From: Octopus sinensis
Lineage: Eukaryota
Reading direction: 5' to 3'
DNA length: 29,762 nucleotides
Assembly: GCF_006345805.1 (NCBI RefSeq)
Contig: NW_021833544.1
Span: 1-29,762 of the forward strand
Below the pieces are notes generated by a model. That model saw nothing but the letters and a program-made list of their open reading frames with translations, was not told the origin of the DNA and ran no database searches. Below are positions 1 through 11,624 of the stretch, piece after piece (position 1 is the first letter of the stretch; each line of letters opens with the position of its first letter). Position numbers and translations under genes: made by a program.

Positions 1-122
1 TATTATTTTTATGTATATTACAATATATTATATATAATATTATATATATATATATGTATATGTATATGTATATGCATGTATGTATGTATGTATGTATGTA
101 TGTATGTATATACGTATGTACA
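1..122. repeat. (TA)n/(TATG)n microsatellite
   Basis: Directly visible TA and TATG runs. Confidence 0.95.
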
Positions 123-124
123 TA

Positions 125-270
125 TGAAGAAGTTTACTTTCCAACAATTAGATTTCAGGTATAGTCCCACAGTCTACTAACATAAACAAGTGTCTTCTAC
201 TACGGTTCCAGGTTGCTTTAGTCAAAGTAATCACCTCACCTGGATTAACCCATTTCAGCTCAAGTCCCCT
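125..270 (+). mobile_element. Degenerate SINE family A head/CORE fragment
   Basis: tagtcccac...caagtgtcttctactac aligns by eye to the family A motif cagtcccactgcgtggcaccttgggcaagtgtcttctactatag; heavily diverged. Confidence 0.5.
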
Positions 271-1090
271 TCCCCTATAATCCATTCTTCTTAAAGCATC
301 TTCTCTTGGAATTTGATATTGCTTAATTGATTGTATACTCCTATCTTTCCTTTATGCCGCTCACTGTAGCCCACGAACCTTCCGCAAATAATCTACTGCA
401 GTTTATCTTTAACAAAAGAGCTGCTAATTTCCAAAATCCTCTGAAATCCTCTACGAAGGATCCACGTCAACTCTTTTCTCTCTGAAAATTGACTAGTCTC
501 CTGATACAATGAAAGCTAATTTTTGTCTGGTGACATTCACCCTGGGTGGGTTGAGTCGGCTTCTTCTGCCACCCTCGAGGCATCTCGAACCATGGCAGTG
601 GAAGAAGTTTCGTGGGAATATGAATTTCACAAGTGGTCCCCAACAATCCCGCATGTAGAGACAGCCTGTTTGCCGCAGATTGTCCGCCGACACAGGGACA
701 GAACGACCGAGGAGCCGCTGGTTGCCAAAACAGACACTCCAAGGATTTTCACCAGAGCCCCGTCTGCCGGGTTGTGGCCCAAATACCACTCGGTGTCAGA
801 CCAATCCGCCTTGGGTGGCCCTACCAGGAACCGCAGTTCCCGATGGCATAGCTCTGACACTACCCGTTGCCAGCATCCCCACCACGGTGAGGAGGGGATG
901 GACTTTGGGGCTCAAACATACCATATACACTACATGCACATCTATTCTGGAAACAGCTGTAAAGATTTTCTGCACACCTTCCTACAACATATTCCACTCT
1001 TCTCTACATTTATGTTTATGTATATAAATTCCATGCTCTAAACTGAGGCCAGTTACCTGCCTGTTTATTCTTTGATTCAGCTGCGTGCAT

Positions 1091-1091
<1 letters not shown>

Positions 1092-1123
<32 letters not shown>

Positions 1124-2254
1124 GACACACACACAAAGACGCACACACACATACACTAACAGATACACACAAACACACATACACACATACACTAACAATC
1201 ACACGCACACACACACATAAAGACACGCACACAAAGATGCACACACACACATACACTAACAAATACACACACACAAGCACACATACACGCACACAAACAC
1301 ACACATACACTAACAATCACACGCACACACACACATAAAGATACGCACACAAAGATGCACACACACACATACACTAACAAATACACACACACGAGCACAC
1401 ATACACGCACACAAACACACACATACACTAACAATCACACACACACACATACAAACACACACACACATACAAACACACACACACAAAACACACACACACA
1501 CAGACACACACACACACAAAACAAAGGTACACATACACTAACAATCACACATACATACACGCACTCACACACACGCACTCACACACACAAAGACACACAC
1601 ACATAAACACTCACAAAGAGATACAGATACACACACACACTAACAATCACCCACTCACACACGCACAAACACACACACACACACAAAGACACACACAAAA
1701 CAAAGATACACATACACTAACAATCACCCACTCAACACGCCACAAAACACAACACACACACACAAAGACACACACAAAACAAAGATACACACACACTAAC
1801 AATCACCACTCACACACGCACACAAACCACACACACACACACCAAAGACACACCACAAAACAAAGATACACACACACTAACAATCACCCACTCACACACG
1901 CACAAACACACACACACACAAAGACACACACAAAACAAAGATACACACACACTAACAATCACCCACTCACACACGCACAAACACACACACACACACAAAG
2001 ACACACACAAAACAAAGATACACACACACTAACAATCACCCACTCACACACGCACAAACACACACACACACACAAAGACACACACAAAACAAAGATACAC
2101 ACACACTAACAATCACCCACTCACACACGCACAAACACACACACACACACAAAGACACACACAAAACAAAGATACACATACACTAACAAACACACACACA
2201 CACACACACACACACAAAGACACACACAAAACAAAGGTACACATACACTAACAA

Positions 2255-2295
<41 letters not shown>

Positions 2296-2331
2296 GACAC
2301 ACACAAAACAAAGATACACATACACTAACAA

Positions 2332-2380
<49 letters not shown>
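1092..2380. repeat. CA-rich compound minisatellite (~118-bp units then ~61-bp units)
   Basis: The anchor cactaacaatcac recurs every ~118 bp at 1190-1440 and every ~61 bp at 1640-2120; ends in pure (CA)n. Confidence 0.92.
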
Positions 2381-2386
<6 letters not shown>

Positions 2387-2683
2387 CATACTGGAGGAAG
2401 TCTTCATTTGTCAACGTTGCTGAAATTACACTATTGCAATGCAACATATTAACTGTATTTATTATAAGATAATATAATAATATTTCGAAAGTGTCTGTTG
2501 GTGAGGCGAAGATGAAGTAATTACAGCATAATGCAATAAAGCATATTTGCTCCATCCAATCTCTTATGTTAACAGGTTTCAATATCATACACTCTATGGA
2601 TATTCGTGGATTACTGGATGTGTCATTCATTGTGAGACTGCGACTTGAACCCAGTACCTCTGGATCAGTACCATAAAGCAAAC

Positions 2684-3163
2684 CATCATCATCACCATCA
2701 TTGTTCGACCGTGGTCGAGACAATGGAATTTACCATGCTATGCCAGACTTCATGGTCCATCATGGCATTACGGAGGTCCTGTTGCTGGATGCCTCTGTCC
2801 CTGGAGATTACATCAAGGTAGGAGAGTGTACGCCCTCTAGTATCGCGAGTAGATGGCTTCCAGAGGAGAAGAGTAGAAATTACCTCGTTTAGCAGCTCTA
2901 CAACAATGTCCAGAAAACTGGACTCTCCTACCTTTCACAAGAGATGACACAGGTGGTAGTTTCCCATATATTTGTACTTTGGTTGGATGACTCTTCCACG
3001 AGAGATTTTGAGCTCTCATAAGGAGGCGAGTGTAGGTTCCATCCAACTGCCTCTCAAGCTTCTTTGATAACGTCCAGGTTTCTGAGCCATATAGTAGAAC
3101 TGGTTCGACTGTGGCTTTCAAAGTTGAAGTCTCTACTTAGATTTGATGACCAGATCTTATGCA
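2684..3163 (-). mobile_element. RTE-type non-LTR retrotransposon 3' end (frameshifted ORF2 C-terminus plus (TGA)n tail)
   Basis: KATVEPVLLYGSETWTL...RLLMRAQNLSW...RRVQFSGHC, then after a frameshift EVISTLLLWKP...MMDHEVWHSMVNSIVSTTVEQ*. Stop at 2700-2698 is followed by tgatggtgatgatg. LLYGSETW is typical of RTE-like RTs. Confidence 0.85.
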
Positions 3164-3219
3164 AACCACACACACACACACACACACACACATGAATGTA
3201 TGTATATTTCATCATGCAA

Positions 3220-3488
3220 GGCGCAGGAGTGGCTGTGTGGTAAGTAGCTTGCTTACCAACCACATGGTTCTGGGTTCAGTCCCACTGCGTGGCATCTTGG
3301 GCAAGTGTCTTCTGCTATAGCCTCGGGCCGACCAAAGCCTTGTGAGTGGATTTGGTAGGCGGAAACTGAAAGAAGCCTGTGTAGTATGTTGGGCAAGTGT
3401 TTTCTATTATGGCTTTGGGCTGATCAAAGCCTTGTGACTGGATCTGATAGACAGAAACTGAAAGACACCCTGTTGCATATATATATAT

Positions 3489-3537
<49 letters not shown>

Positions 3538-3645
3538 TATGCATATGCATATATGTGTATGTATCTGTGCTTGTCATCCACTACTGCTTGACTACTGGTG
3601 TTGGTATATTTATGTCCCTGTAACTTAGCTGTTCAGTAAAAGAAA
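3220..3645 (+). mobile_element. tRNA-derived CORE-like SINE family A with locally duplicated central domain and internal (TA)n
   Basis: Head GGCGCAGGAGTGGCTGTGTGG (A-box-like) and GGTTCAGTCCC (B-box-like). The gggcaagtg...gaaactgaaaga block occurs twice (3299-3376, 3391-3462). Confidence 0.88.
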
Positions 3646-3654
3646 AAATAATAT

Positions 3655-3664
3655 ATTTATATAT

Positions 3665-3736
<72 letters not shown>

Positions 3737-3841
3737 AACACACACACACATACAAACACACACACACAACAAACACAACACACACACACAGACACACACA
3801 CACACAAAACAAAGGTACACACATATATATAATATATATAT

Positions 3842-3886
<45 letters not shown>

Positions 3887-3911
3887 TATATATATTATAT
3901 ATATATATTAC

Positions 3912-3946
<35 letters not shown>

Positions 3947-3958
3947 TATACACACACC

Positions 3959-4032
<74 letters not shown>

Positions 4033-4108
4033 TATATATATATAACTATATATATATACATATATTATATATATTATGATATATTTATATATAATATATA
4101 TATATATA
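3655..4108. repeat. (TA)n/(CA)n microsatellite block
   Basis: Directly visible. Confidence 0.95.
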
Positions 4109-4110
4109 CA

Positions 4111-4296
4111 GTACCGTGGCATGCAAAAAGCACTCACTACAACTCTCAGATGGTTGGCATTAGGAAGGGTATCAAACTGGAAAAACATTGCCAGATCAGA
4201 TTGGAGCCTGGTGTAGCCTTCTGGCATCCCAGACCTTAGTCAAACTGTCCAACCCATGCCAGCATGGAAAATGGATGTTAAACGATGATGATGATG
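4111..4296 (+). mobile_element. Retroelement family B 3' end with (GAT)n tail
   Basis: ggttggcattaggaaggg...aacccatgccagcatggaaaatggatgttaaacgatgatgatg; the same end recurs at 27030-27190, 27480-27655 and inverted at 14372, 17810, 18810, 19610. Confidence 0.8.
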
Positions 4297-4357
4297 GTAC
4301 ATATATATATATATATTTTTTCTCTCCTTGTTTCTCTCCGTGTTTCTTTTCTGTGTA

Positions 4358-4395
4358 TCTTTCTGTTGAAGAGCGTAGGCTCGAAATGTAAAAGA
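4358..4395 (+). ncRNA. Degenerate minimal type-I hammerhead motif (Penelope-like pLTR fragment ~4316-4492)
   Basis: TCTTT|CTGTTGA|A|GAGC-GTAG-GCTC|GAAA|TG|T|A|AAAGA. Helix I 5 bp and helix II 4 bp; core differs from CUGANGA at A6. Confidence 0.65.
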
Positions 4396-4508
4396 CTTGT
4401 TTTCTTTATATTCCTGAGTGCCATACTAATACATTGTTTGTTTGTACTCCACCTGCCTTCATCTTTTATTTATTTTCATAAAGCTTCCCGTTATATATAT
4501 ATATATAC

Positions 4509-4612
4509 TTTATTTAAAAGCAGCAGAAATTTTGTTAAAAAACTGTCCGACGAACGGGAACGTGGAACTCTGAGTAACAGCTTTTGTTAAATTTCTGCTG
4601 CTTTTAAATAAA
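4509..4612. repeat. 24-bp perfect inverted repeat enclosing a hammerhead-like motif
   Basis: tttatttaaaagcagcagaaattt (4509-4532) / aaatttctgctgcttttaaataaa (4589-4612). Confidence 0.9.
4543..4580 (+). ncRNA. Degenerate type-I hammerhead motif
   Basis: CTGT|CCGACGA|ACG-GGAA-CGT|GGAA|CT-CTG-AG|T|A|ACAG. All three helices and a GUA triplet are present; deviations U4C and GAAA>GGAA. Confidence 0.6.
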
Positions 4613-4693
4613 GCATATTACTCTACCTCTGGTATTTGAGTACTCTTTTTTCCACCTTGTTTCACATTTATGTGTTTACTCCGGTATATATAT

Positions 4694-5226
4694 ATATTAT
4701 ATTAAATTAGAGATAAAAACCACTATTAGGTAAATCATACAATGAAAAACTTAAGCCAATACAATTAATCTTATGTATTGGCTTAAGTTTTTCATTGTAT
4801 GATTTACCTAATAGTGGTTTTATCTCTAATTTAATATAATATAATATTTTACTATAAAATTGGATTCAATCATAAATCTGATTTTTCCCTGTAAGTTTGG
4901 ATTTATTCCCTAATATTTTATTATTAATTAATATATTGATAAATTACGTATATTGAGTGTAATATCTCAACTTCGTAAATTATGGAATTTACAGGTAAGA
5001 TAGAACCGCTATTTTGGAATTCATCATTGAAGGATATTCCAGTACCTTCTAGAAAGGAAAAAAATTAATCTTATGTATTGGCTTAAGTTTTTCATTGTAT
5101 GATTTACCTAATAGTGGTTTTATCTCTAATTTAATATAATATAATATCTTACTATAAAATTGGATTCAATCATAAATCTGATTTTTCCCTGTAAGTTTGG
5201 ATTTATTCTCTAATATTTTATTATTA
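4694..5226 (+). mobile_element. Penelope-like element fragment: ~68-bp inverted repeat, 165-bp direct repeat and ORF N-terminus
   Basis: IR 4694-4762/4775-4842 with one indel; 4763-4927 repeated at 5063-5226. ATG at 4982 gives MEFTGKIEPLFWNSSLKDIPVPSRKE, resembling the recalled PLE N-terminal motif YSLKNIPIPSK; it is truncated by the repeat. Confidence 0.62.
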
Positions 5227-5239
5227 ATATATATATATT

Positions 5240-7694
5240 ATTATAAAAGGGCTTAGTAAAATAAATTACTTTGCCGCATACTGAACTCATTAGAAATAGC
5301 AGCTAAAAAACTTTTTTTAAGGCTATTTCTAATACTTAAAGAAAATCTCTCTCATATATAGTGTTTGCATAATTTAACTCACAAAAGTTGGGGGTAATGA
5401 CATCGAAAAATCAAATGCTAAGGTTATTCGAGAACGTACGTTTCAAGATTAGTCAAAACAACATTTCTATCATCGGCTCGGAAATTCCTTGGTTTGGATT
5501 TGGAAACACTGAAAATAAGAACATACCCTCTCGAAGATCTGCTCCCAACTAACAGTGTCAACAAATCAAAATAAGCAAGCGAAGATCTCTGTTCTCCCCT
5601 TTCCACCAGCGTGGGTTAAAAATCATCAAACTCTATGCTTATTTCGGTAAAGGTCCGAAGCATTAATCAGAGGGAGATTAATTATTAATCAACAATTGAG
5701 GGAAATTAATAATTATAATCAATTTCACCAAGTGTTTCAGTATGCAAAGGGACCATTCAAGGCGAATTCAAATTATTACATTATATAAAAGGGCTTAGTA
5801 AAATAAATTACTTTGCCGCATACTGAACTCATTAGAAATAGCAGCTAAAAAACTTTTTTTAAGGCTATTCTAATACTTAAAGAAAACTCTCTCATATATA
5901 GTGTTTGCATAATTTAACTCACAAAAGTTTGGGGGTAATGACATCGAAAAATCAAATGATAAGGTTATTCGAGACCGTACGTTTCAAGATTAGTCAAAAC
6001 AACATTTTATCATCGGCCCTCGGAAATTCCTTGGTTTGGATTTGGAAACACTTAAATAAGAACATACCCTCCGAAGATCTGCTCCCAACTAACAGTGTCA
6101 ACAATCAAAATAAGCATTAGAAGATCCTGTTCTCACCCTTTCCACCAGCGGACGAAAGGGGAGAATAGAGATTCTTCGCTTGCTTATTTTGAATTTGTTG
6201 ACACTGTTAGTTGGGAGCAGATCTTCGAGAGGGTATGTTCTTATTTTCAGTGTTTCCAAATCCAAACCAAGGAATTTCCGAGCCGATGATAGAAATGTTG
6301 TTTTGACTAATCTTGAAACGTACGTTCTCGAATAACCTTAGCATTTGATTTTTCGATGTCATTACCCCCAACTTTTGTGAGTTAAATTATGCAAACACTA
6401 TATATGAGAGAGAGATTTTCTTTAAGTATTAGAAATAGCTTAAAAAGTTTTTTAGCTGCTATTTCTAATGAGTTCAGTATGCGGCAAAGTAATTATTTTA
6501 CTAAGCCCTTTTATATAATGTAATAATTTGAATTCGCCTTGAATGGTCCCTTTGCATACTGAACACTTGGTGAAATTGATTAATAATTAATTAATTTTGC
6601 CCTCAATTGTTGAAATTATAAATCTCCCTCTGATTAATGCTTCGGACTTTACCGAAATAAGCATAGAGTTTGATGATTTTAACCACGCTGGTGGAAAGGG
6701 GAGAACAGAGATTCTTCGCTTGCTTATTTTGAATTTGTTGACCTGTTAGTTGGAGCAGATCTTCGAGAGGGTATGTTCTTATTTTCAGTGTTTCCAAATC
6801 CAAACCAAGGAATTTCCGAGCCGATGATAGAAATGTTGTTTTGACTAATCTTGAAACGTACGTTCTCGAATAACCTTAGCATTTGATTTTTCGATGTCAT
6901 TACCCCCAAACTTTGTGAGTTAAATTATGCAAACACTATATATGAGAGAGATTTTCTTTAAGTATTAGAAATAGCCTTAAAAAAGTTTTTTAGCTGCTAT
7001 TTCTAATGAGTTCAGTATGCGGCAAAGTAATTTATTTTACTAAGCCCTTTTATATAATGTAATAATTTGAATTCGCCTTGAATGGTCCCTTTGCATACTG
7101 AACACTTGGTGAAATTGATTAATAATTAATTAATTTTGCCCTCAATTGTTGAAATTATAATTAATCTCCCTCTGATTAATGCTTCGGACTTTACCGAAAT
7201 AAGCATAGAGTTTGATGATTTTAACCCACGCTGGTGGAAGGGGAGAACAGAGATTCTTCGCTTGCTTATTTTGAATTTGTTGACACTGTTAGTTGGGAGC
7301 AGATCTTCGAGAGGGTATGTTCTTATTTTCAGTGTTTCCAAATCCAAACCAAGGAATTTCCGAGCCGATGATAGAAATGTTGTTTTGACTAATCTTGAAA
7401 CGTACGTTCTCGAATAACCTTAGCATTTGATTTTTCGATGTTCATTACCCCCAAACTTTGTGAGTTAAATTATGCAAACACTATATATGAGAGAGATTTT
7501 CTTTAAGTATTAGAAATAGCCTTAAAAAAGTTTTTTAGCTGCTATTTAATGAGTTCAGTATGCGGCAAAGTAATTTATTTTACTAAGCCCTTTTATATAA
7601 TGTAATAATTTGAATTCGCCTTGAATGGTCCCTTTGCATACTGAACACTTGGTGAAATTGATTAATAATTAATTAATTTTGCCCTCAATTGTTG

Positions 7695-7698
<4 letters not shown>
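5240..7698. repeat. ~540-bp tandem array with central fold-back (1.7 units forward, ~2.8 units reverse)
   Basis: Anchor tataaaagggcttag has G at 5249 and 5791; its reverse complement lies at ~6505, ~7045 and ~7588. Apex loop 6143-6153; arms 5240-6142 and 6154-7056. Copies differ mostly by 1-bp indels. Confidence 0.95.
6279..6330 (+). ncRNA. Hammerhead-like motif in each 540-bp unit (also + 6817-6868, + 7361-7412, - 5429-5480, altered - 5970-6022)
   Basis: CGAG|CCGATGA|T-AGA...TCT-T|GAAA|C-GTAC-G|T|T|CTCG. Helix III region is the perfect palindrome AACGTACGTT; deviation U4C. Confidence 0.55.
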
Positions 7699-7728
<30 letters not shown>

Positions 7729-7818
7729 CTAATGTAGGACAAAATTTTTTATGAAAAATTTTTTTATCAATGGCCAGCATATCAAAAAATACCTTTAAAG
7801 GTTAAATTTATAAATAAT

Positions 7819-7865
7819 TTACAAAATAAGGGCAAAAGAATTTTTCTTTTGCCCTTATTTTGTAA
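7819..7865. repeat. Perfect 22-bp inverted repeat, 3-nt loop
   Basis: ttacaaaataagggcaaaagaa-ttt-ttcttttgcccttattttgtaa. Confidence 0.95.
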
Positions 7866-7881
7866 GGTATATATATATATA

Positions 7882-8150
7882 TCTTATTATAAAAGGCAGA
7901 TTTTATCTGCCTCCCTTTGGGATTTATACAAATCTACAATATAGGATTTCTTCAATTACAATTTACCTAGCATTTTTGAGAGTACAATGCATCGCGTCAT
8001 GCCAGGTCCAGTTTTTAAAATTTAAACTCCAATTAAGCAAAATTTACAGAAAACTCACATTCTGGTGTGTGTGTCAAATGCTTTTCTTAGTCTGGTTTAC
8101 ACCACACGCAAACGCACACACACAGTGGGCAACGAATAAAATGAAAGTAA
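7882..8150 (+). mobile_element. Probable Helitron-type 5' end (family H2; also at 9757 and 11627)
   Basis: A|TCTTATTATAAAA start resembles non-autonomous Helitron 5' termini; a subterminal palindrome GGCAGAT-TTT-ATCTGCC follows. Its own 3' end is not seen. Confidence 0.5.
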
Positions 8151-8699
8151 ATAGCAACAGAGTGATTTGAGGAAGACTAAAGTGAAAGTATTCTGTCTAT
8201 GACGCTGATAGATACACGAGTAAAATGTATGGGAAGCTAAGAGCTAAGAGTGAGTGAAAATGTTCTTGGAAGAGAGTAATTAGTAATAAAGTAAATATAC
8301 ACTCATACATACATACATACATACATACATACATACATCATACATACATACATACACACACACACATACACACACACATACACACACACACACATACACA
8401 CACACATACATACACACACACATACATACATACACACATACATACATACATACATATACATACATACATACATATAATACATACATACACACACACACAC
8501 ACATACACACACACACAGTATTGAAGCTTGAGAACAATCAGATACATTTGCAACACATCTGTTGAAAATATTATTGTTCACACACATACATATACATATA
8601 TACATACAGACAGACAGACAGATAGACACACACACACACACACACATGATCCAGCATGGCCACAACCTCAAGGCTGAAACATATAAAAGAATAACAGAA

Positions 8700-9065
8700 T
8701 ATAAATGTGTGCAAAGTACAAGAAATATTAATGCAATATATGGGGATTGGACAATAAGCGTAAGGCAGTGTCAATGGTGGTTCCAGAAATCCTGAGCCAT
8801 AAACTACAGCTTAGAAGACGAGCCTCATCCTGAAAGATCTGTAGAACTCGACAAGGACATCCTGAAAACCCTGGTGGAACAAAATATCATCGTAACTGTT
8901 GAGGACCTAGCAGAGAAGCTTGGATTTGGTCATTCAACCATTCATTGACACCTGTGTGCTATCGGAAAAGTCAGCAAATTGGGTCAATGGTTTCCTCACG
9001 AACTTTCCGAGTCTAATTGCATGCAGAGAGTGAATGTATGCTTTTCTTTGCTGTCATATCTCACC
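8700..9065 (+). pseudogene. mariner (Tc1/mariner) transposase N-terminal relic, copy 1
   Basis: STRNINAIYG..RQCQWWFQKS*..SLEDEP..VEDLAEKLGFGHSTIH*HLCAIGKVSKLGQWFPHELSE matches the Hsmar1/Mos1-type HTH region and WVPHEL motif; two in-frame stops. Confidence 0.93.
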
Positions 9066-9083
9066 ACTACTGCGCTATGTATA

Positions 9084-9754
9084 TCTATATATATAAAACT
9101 GTAGTTGTGTGAGTGTCTGTCCCCTTCGATTTAGATTCCTAACTACTCCCACATTTTGCGGTACAGTTTAACCAAATTCGGGTAGCTTATAGTCGTGATT
9201 CATATCGAGCCCGTCTGAATATTAGCGCGCGTCTACGATGAGTCTACGATTTAAAAAATAATTTAACATCATTTTTTATTCCATTTTAATGCATAATTTT
9301 TCGTGTGTCGATGGCGGCGGAGTTGGCGTCCATGGTCACACCTGCACCTGTTTGCTTCTCCCCCTTCCCTCCCTCGTGAAGCTGTGGGGAAGGGAGTGTA
9401 AGGAAATCAACGTCGTAATGCGTTGTCAAGGAGACCAGTGTTCTTTTAGAACAACGACTTCATGGCTTGAAGACACCAAAACAGAAATGGCTAAGAAAGC
9501 GTCTACATGAGTCTACGATTTAAAAAAAAATTTACCATCGTTTTTTTTCCATTTTAATGCATTTTTTCGCTATTATATAAGGGAAGTAACTCTCTAAAAA
9601 TGTCTACGATGAGTCAACGATTTAAAAAAAAATTTACCATCATATTTTTTCCATTTTTTATGCATTTTTTGCTATTTTTTGGCTATAACTCTCTAAAAAT
9701 GCTTATATATTTATTTCCCTTACAAACCCGAGCAACGCCGGGCGATACTGCTAG
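9084..9754 (+). mobile_element. Non-autonomous Helitron (family H1)
   Basis: A|TCTATATATATAAAA 5' end; 3' hairpin CCCG-agcaacgc-CGGG, then CTAG|T. The internal gtctacgatgagtctacgatttaaaa block is repeated three times. Confidence 0.88.
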
Positions 9755-10569
9755 TCTCTTATTATAAAAGGCAGATTTTATCTGCCTCCCTTTGGGAGTT
9801 ATACAAATCTACAATATAGGATTTCTTCAATTACAATTTACCTAGCATTTTTGAGAGTACAATGCATCGCGTCATGCCAGGTCCAGTTTTTAAAATTTAA
9901 ACTCCAATTAAGCAAAATTTACAGAAAACTCACATTCTGGTGTGTGTGTCAAATGCTTTTCTTAGTCTGGTTTACACCACACGCAAACGCACACACACAG
10001 TGGGCAACGAATAAAATGAAAGTAAATAGCAACAGAGTGATTTGAGGAAGACTAAAGTGAAAGTATTCTGTCTATGACGCTGATAGATACACGAGTAAAA
10101 TGTATGGGAAGCTAAGAGCTAAGAGTGAGTGAAAATGTTCTTGGAAGAGAGTAATTAGTAATAAAGTAAATATACACTCATACATACATACATACATACA
10201 TACATACATACATACATACATACATACATACACACACACACATACACACACACATACACACACACACATACACACACACATACATACACACACACATACA
10301 TACATACACACATACATACATACATACATATACATACATACATACATACATACATACTACATACACACACACATACACACACACACAGTATTGAAGCTTG
10401 AGAACAATCAGATACATTTGCAACACATCTGTTGAAAATATTATTGTTCACACACATACATATACATATATACATACAGACAGACAGACAGATAGACACA
10501 CACACACACACACACACATGATCCAGCATGGCCACAACCTCAAGGCTGAAACATATAAAAAATAACAGA

Positions 10570-10936
10570 ATATAAATGTGTGCAAAGTACAAGAAATATT
10601 AATGCAATATATGGGGATTGGACAATAAGCGTAAGGCAGTGTCAATGGTGGTTCCAGAAATCCTGAGCCATAAACTACAGCTTAGAAGACGAGCCTCATC
10701 CTGAAAGATCTGTAGAACTCGACAAGGACATCCTGAAAACCCTGGTGGAACAAAATATCATCGTAACTGTTGAGGACCTAGCAGAGAAGCTTGGATTTGG
10801 TCATTCAACCATTCATTGACACCTGTGTGCTATCGGAAAAGTCAGCAAATTGGGTCAATGGGTTCCTCACGAACTTTCCGAGTCTAATTGCATGCAGAGA
10901 GTGAATGTATGCTTTTCTTTGCTGTCATATCTCACC
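10570..10936 (+). pseudogene. mariner transposase relic, copy 2
   Basis: As copy 1, but it retains the canonical WVPHEL (caatgggttcctcacgaactt). Confidence 0.93.
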
Positions 10937-10954
10937 ACTACTGCGCTATGTATA

Positions 10955-11624
10955 TCTATATATATAAAACTGTAGTTGTGTGAGTGTCTGTCCCCTTCGA
11001 TTTAGATTCCTAACTACTCCCACATTTTGCGGTACAGTTTAACCAAATTCGGGTAGCTTATAGTCGTGATTCATATCGAGCCCGTCTGAATATTAGCGCG
11101 CGTCTACGATGAGTCTACGATTTAAAAAATAATTTAACATCATTTTTTATTCCATTTTAATGCATAATTTTTCGTGTGTCGATGGCGGCGGAGTTGGCGT
11201 CCATGGTCACACCTGCACCTGTTTGCTTCTCCCCCTTCCCTCCCTCGTGAAGCTGTGGGGAAGGGAGTGTAAGGAAATCAACGTCGTAATGCGTTGTCAA
11301 GGAGACCAGTGTTCTTTTAGAACAACGACTTCATGGCTTGAAGACACCAAAACAGAATGGCTAAGAAAGCGTCTACATGAGTCTACGATTTAAAAAAAAA
11401 TTTACCATCGTTTTTTTTCCATTTTAATGCATTTTTTCGCTATTATATAGGGAAGTAACTCTCTAAAAATGTCTACGATGAGTCAACGATTTAAAAAAAA
11501 ATTTACCATCATATTTTTTTCCATTTTTTATGCATTTTTTGCTATTTTTTGGCTATAACTCTCTAAAAATGCTTATATATTTATTTCCCTTACAAACCCG
11601 AGCAACGCCGGGCGATACTGCTAG
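10955..11624 (+). mobile_element. Non-autonomous Helitron H1, duplicate copy
   Basis: Same TC and hairpin-CTAG termini as 9084-9754. Confidence 0.88.

Noticed and set aside
1016-2321. THTH/VCVC ORFs, and the YIYI ORFs at 3315-4227 and 23591-25312
   Set aside because: Translations of dinucleotide repeats.
2576-2631. Possible 56-nt exon (ttaacag|G...ATT|gtgaga)
   Set aside because: Plausible splice dinucleotides only; no recognisable peptide or partner exons.
3220-3290. tRNA gene
   Set aside because: A/B boxes are present, but the head continues into the SINE body in every copy and I could not draw a complete cloverleaf.
7170-7212. Second hammerhead in the 540-bp unit (ctgatta...ccgaaa)
   Set aside because: G8 is missing and no helix I/III geometry can be drawn; it is only a simple hairpin.
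5424-7417. Short ORFs in the 540-bp unit as a protein gene
   Set aside because: Frames differ between near-identical copies and no known motif is recognisable.
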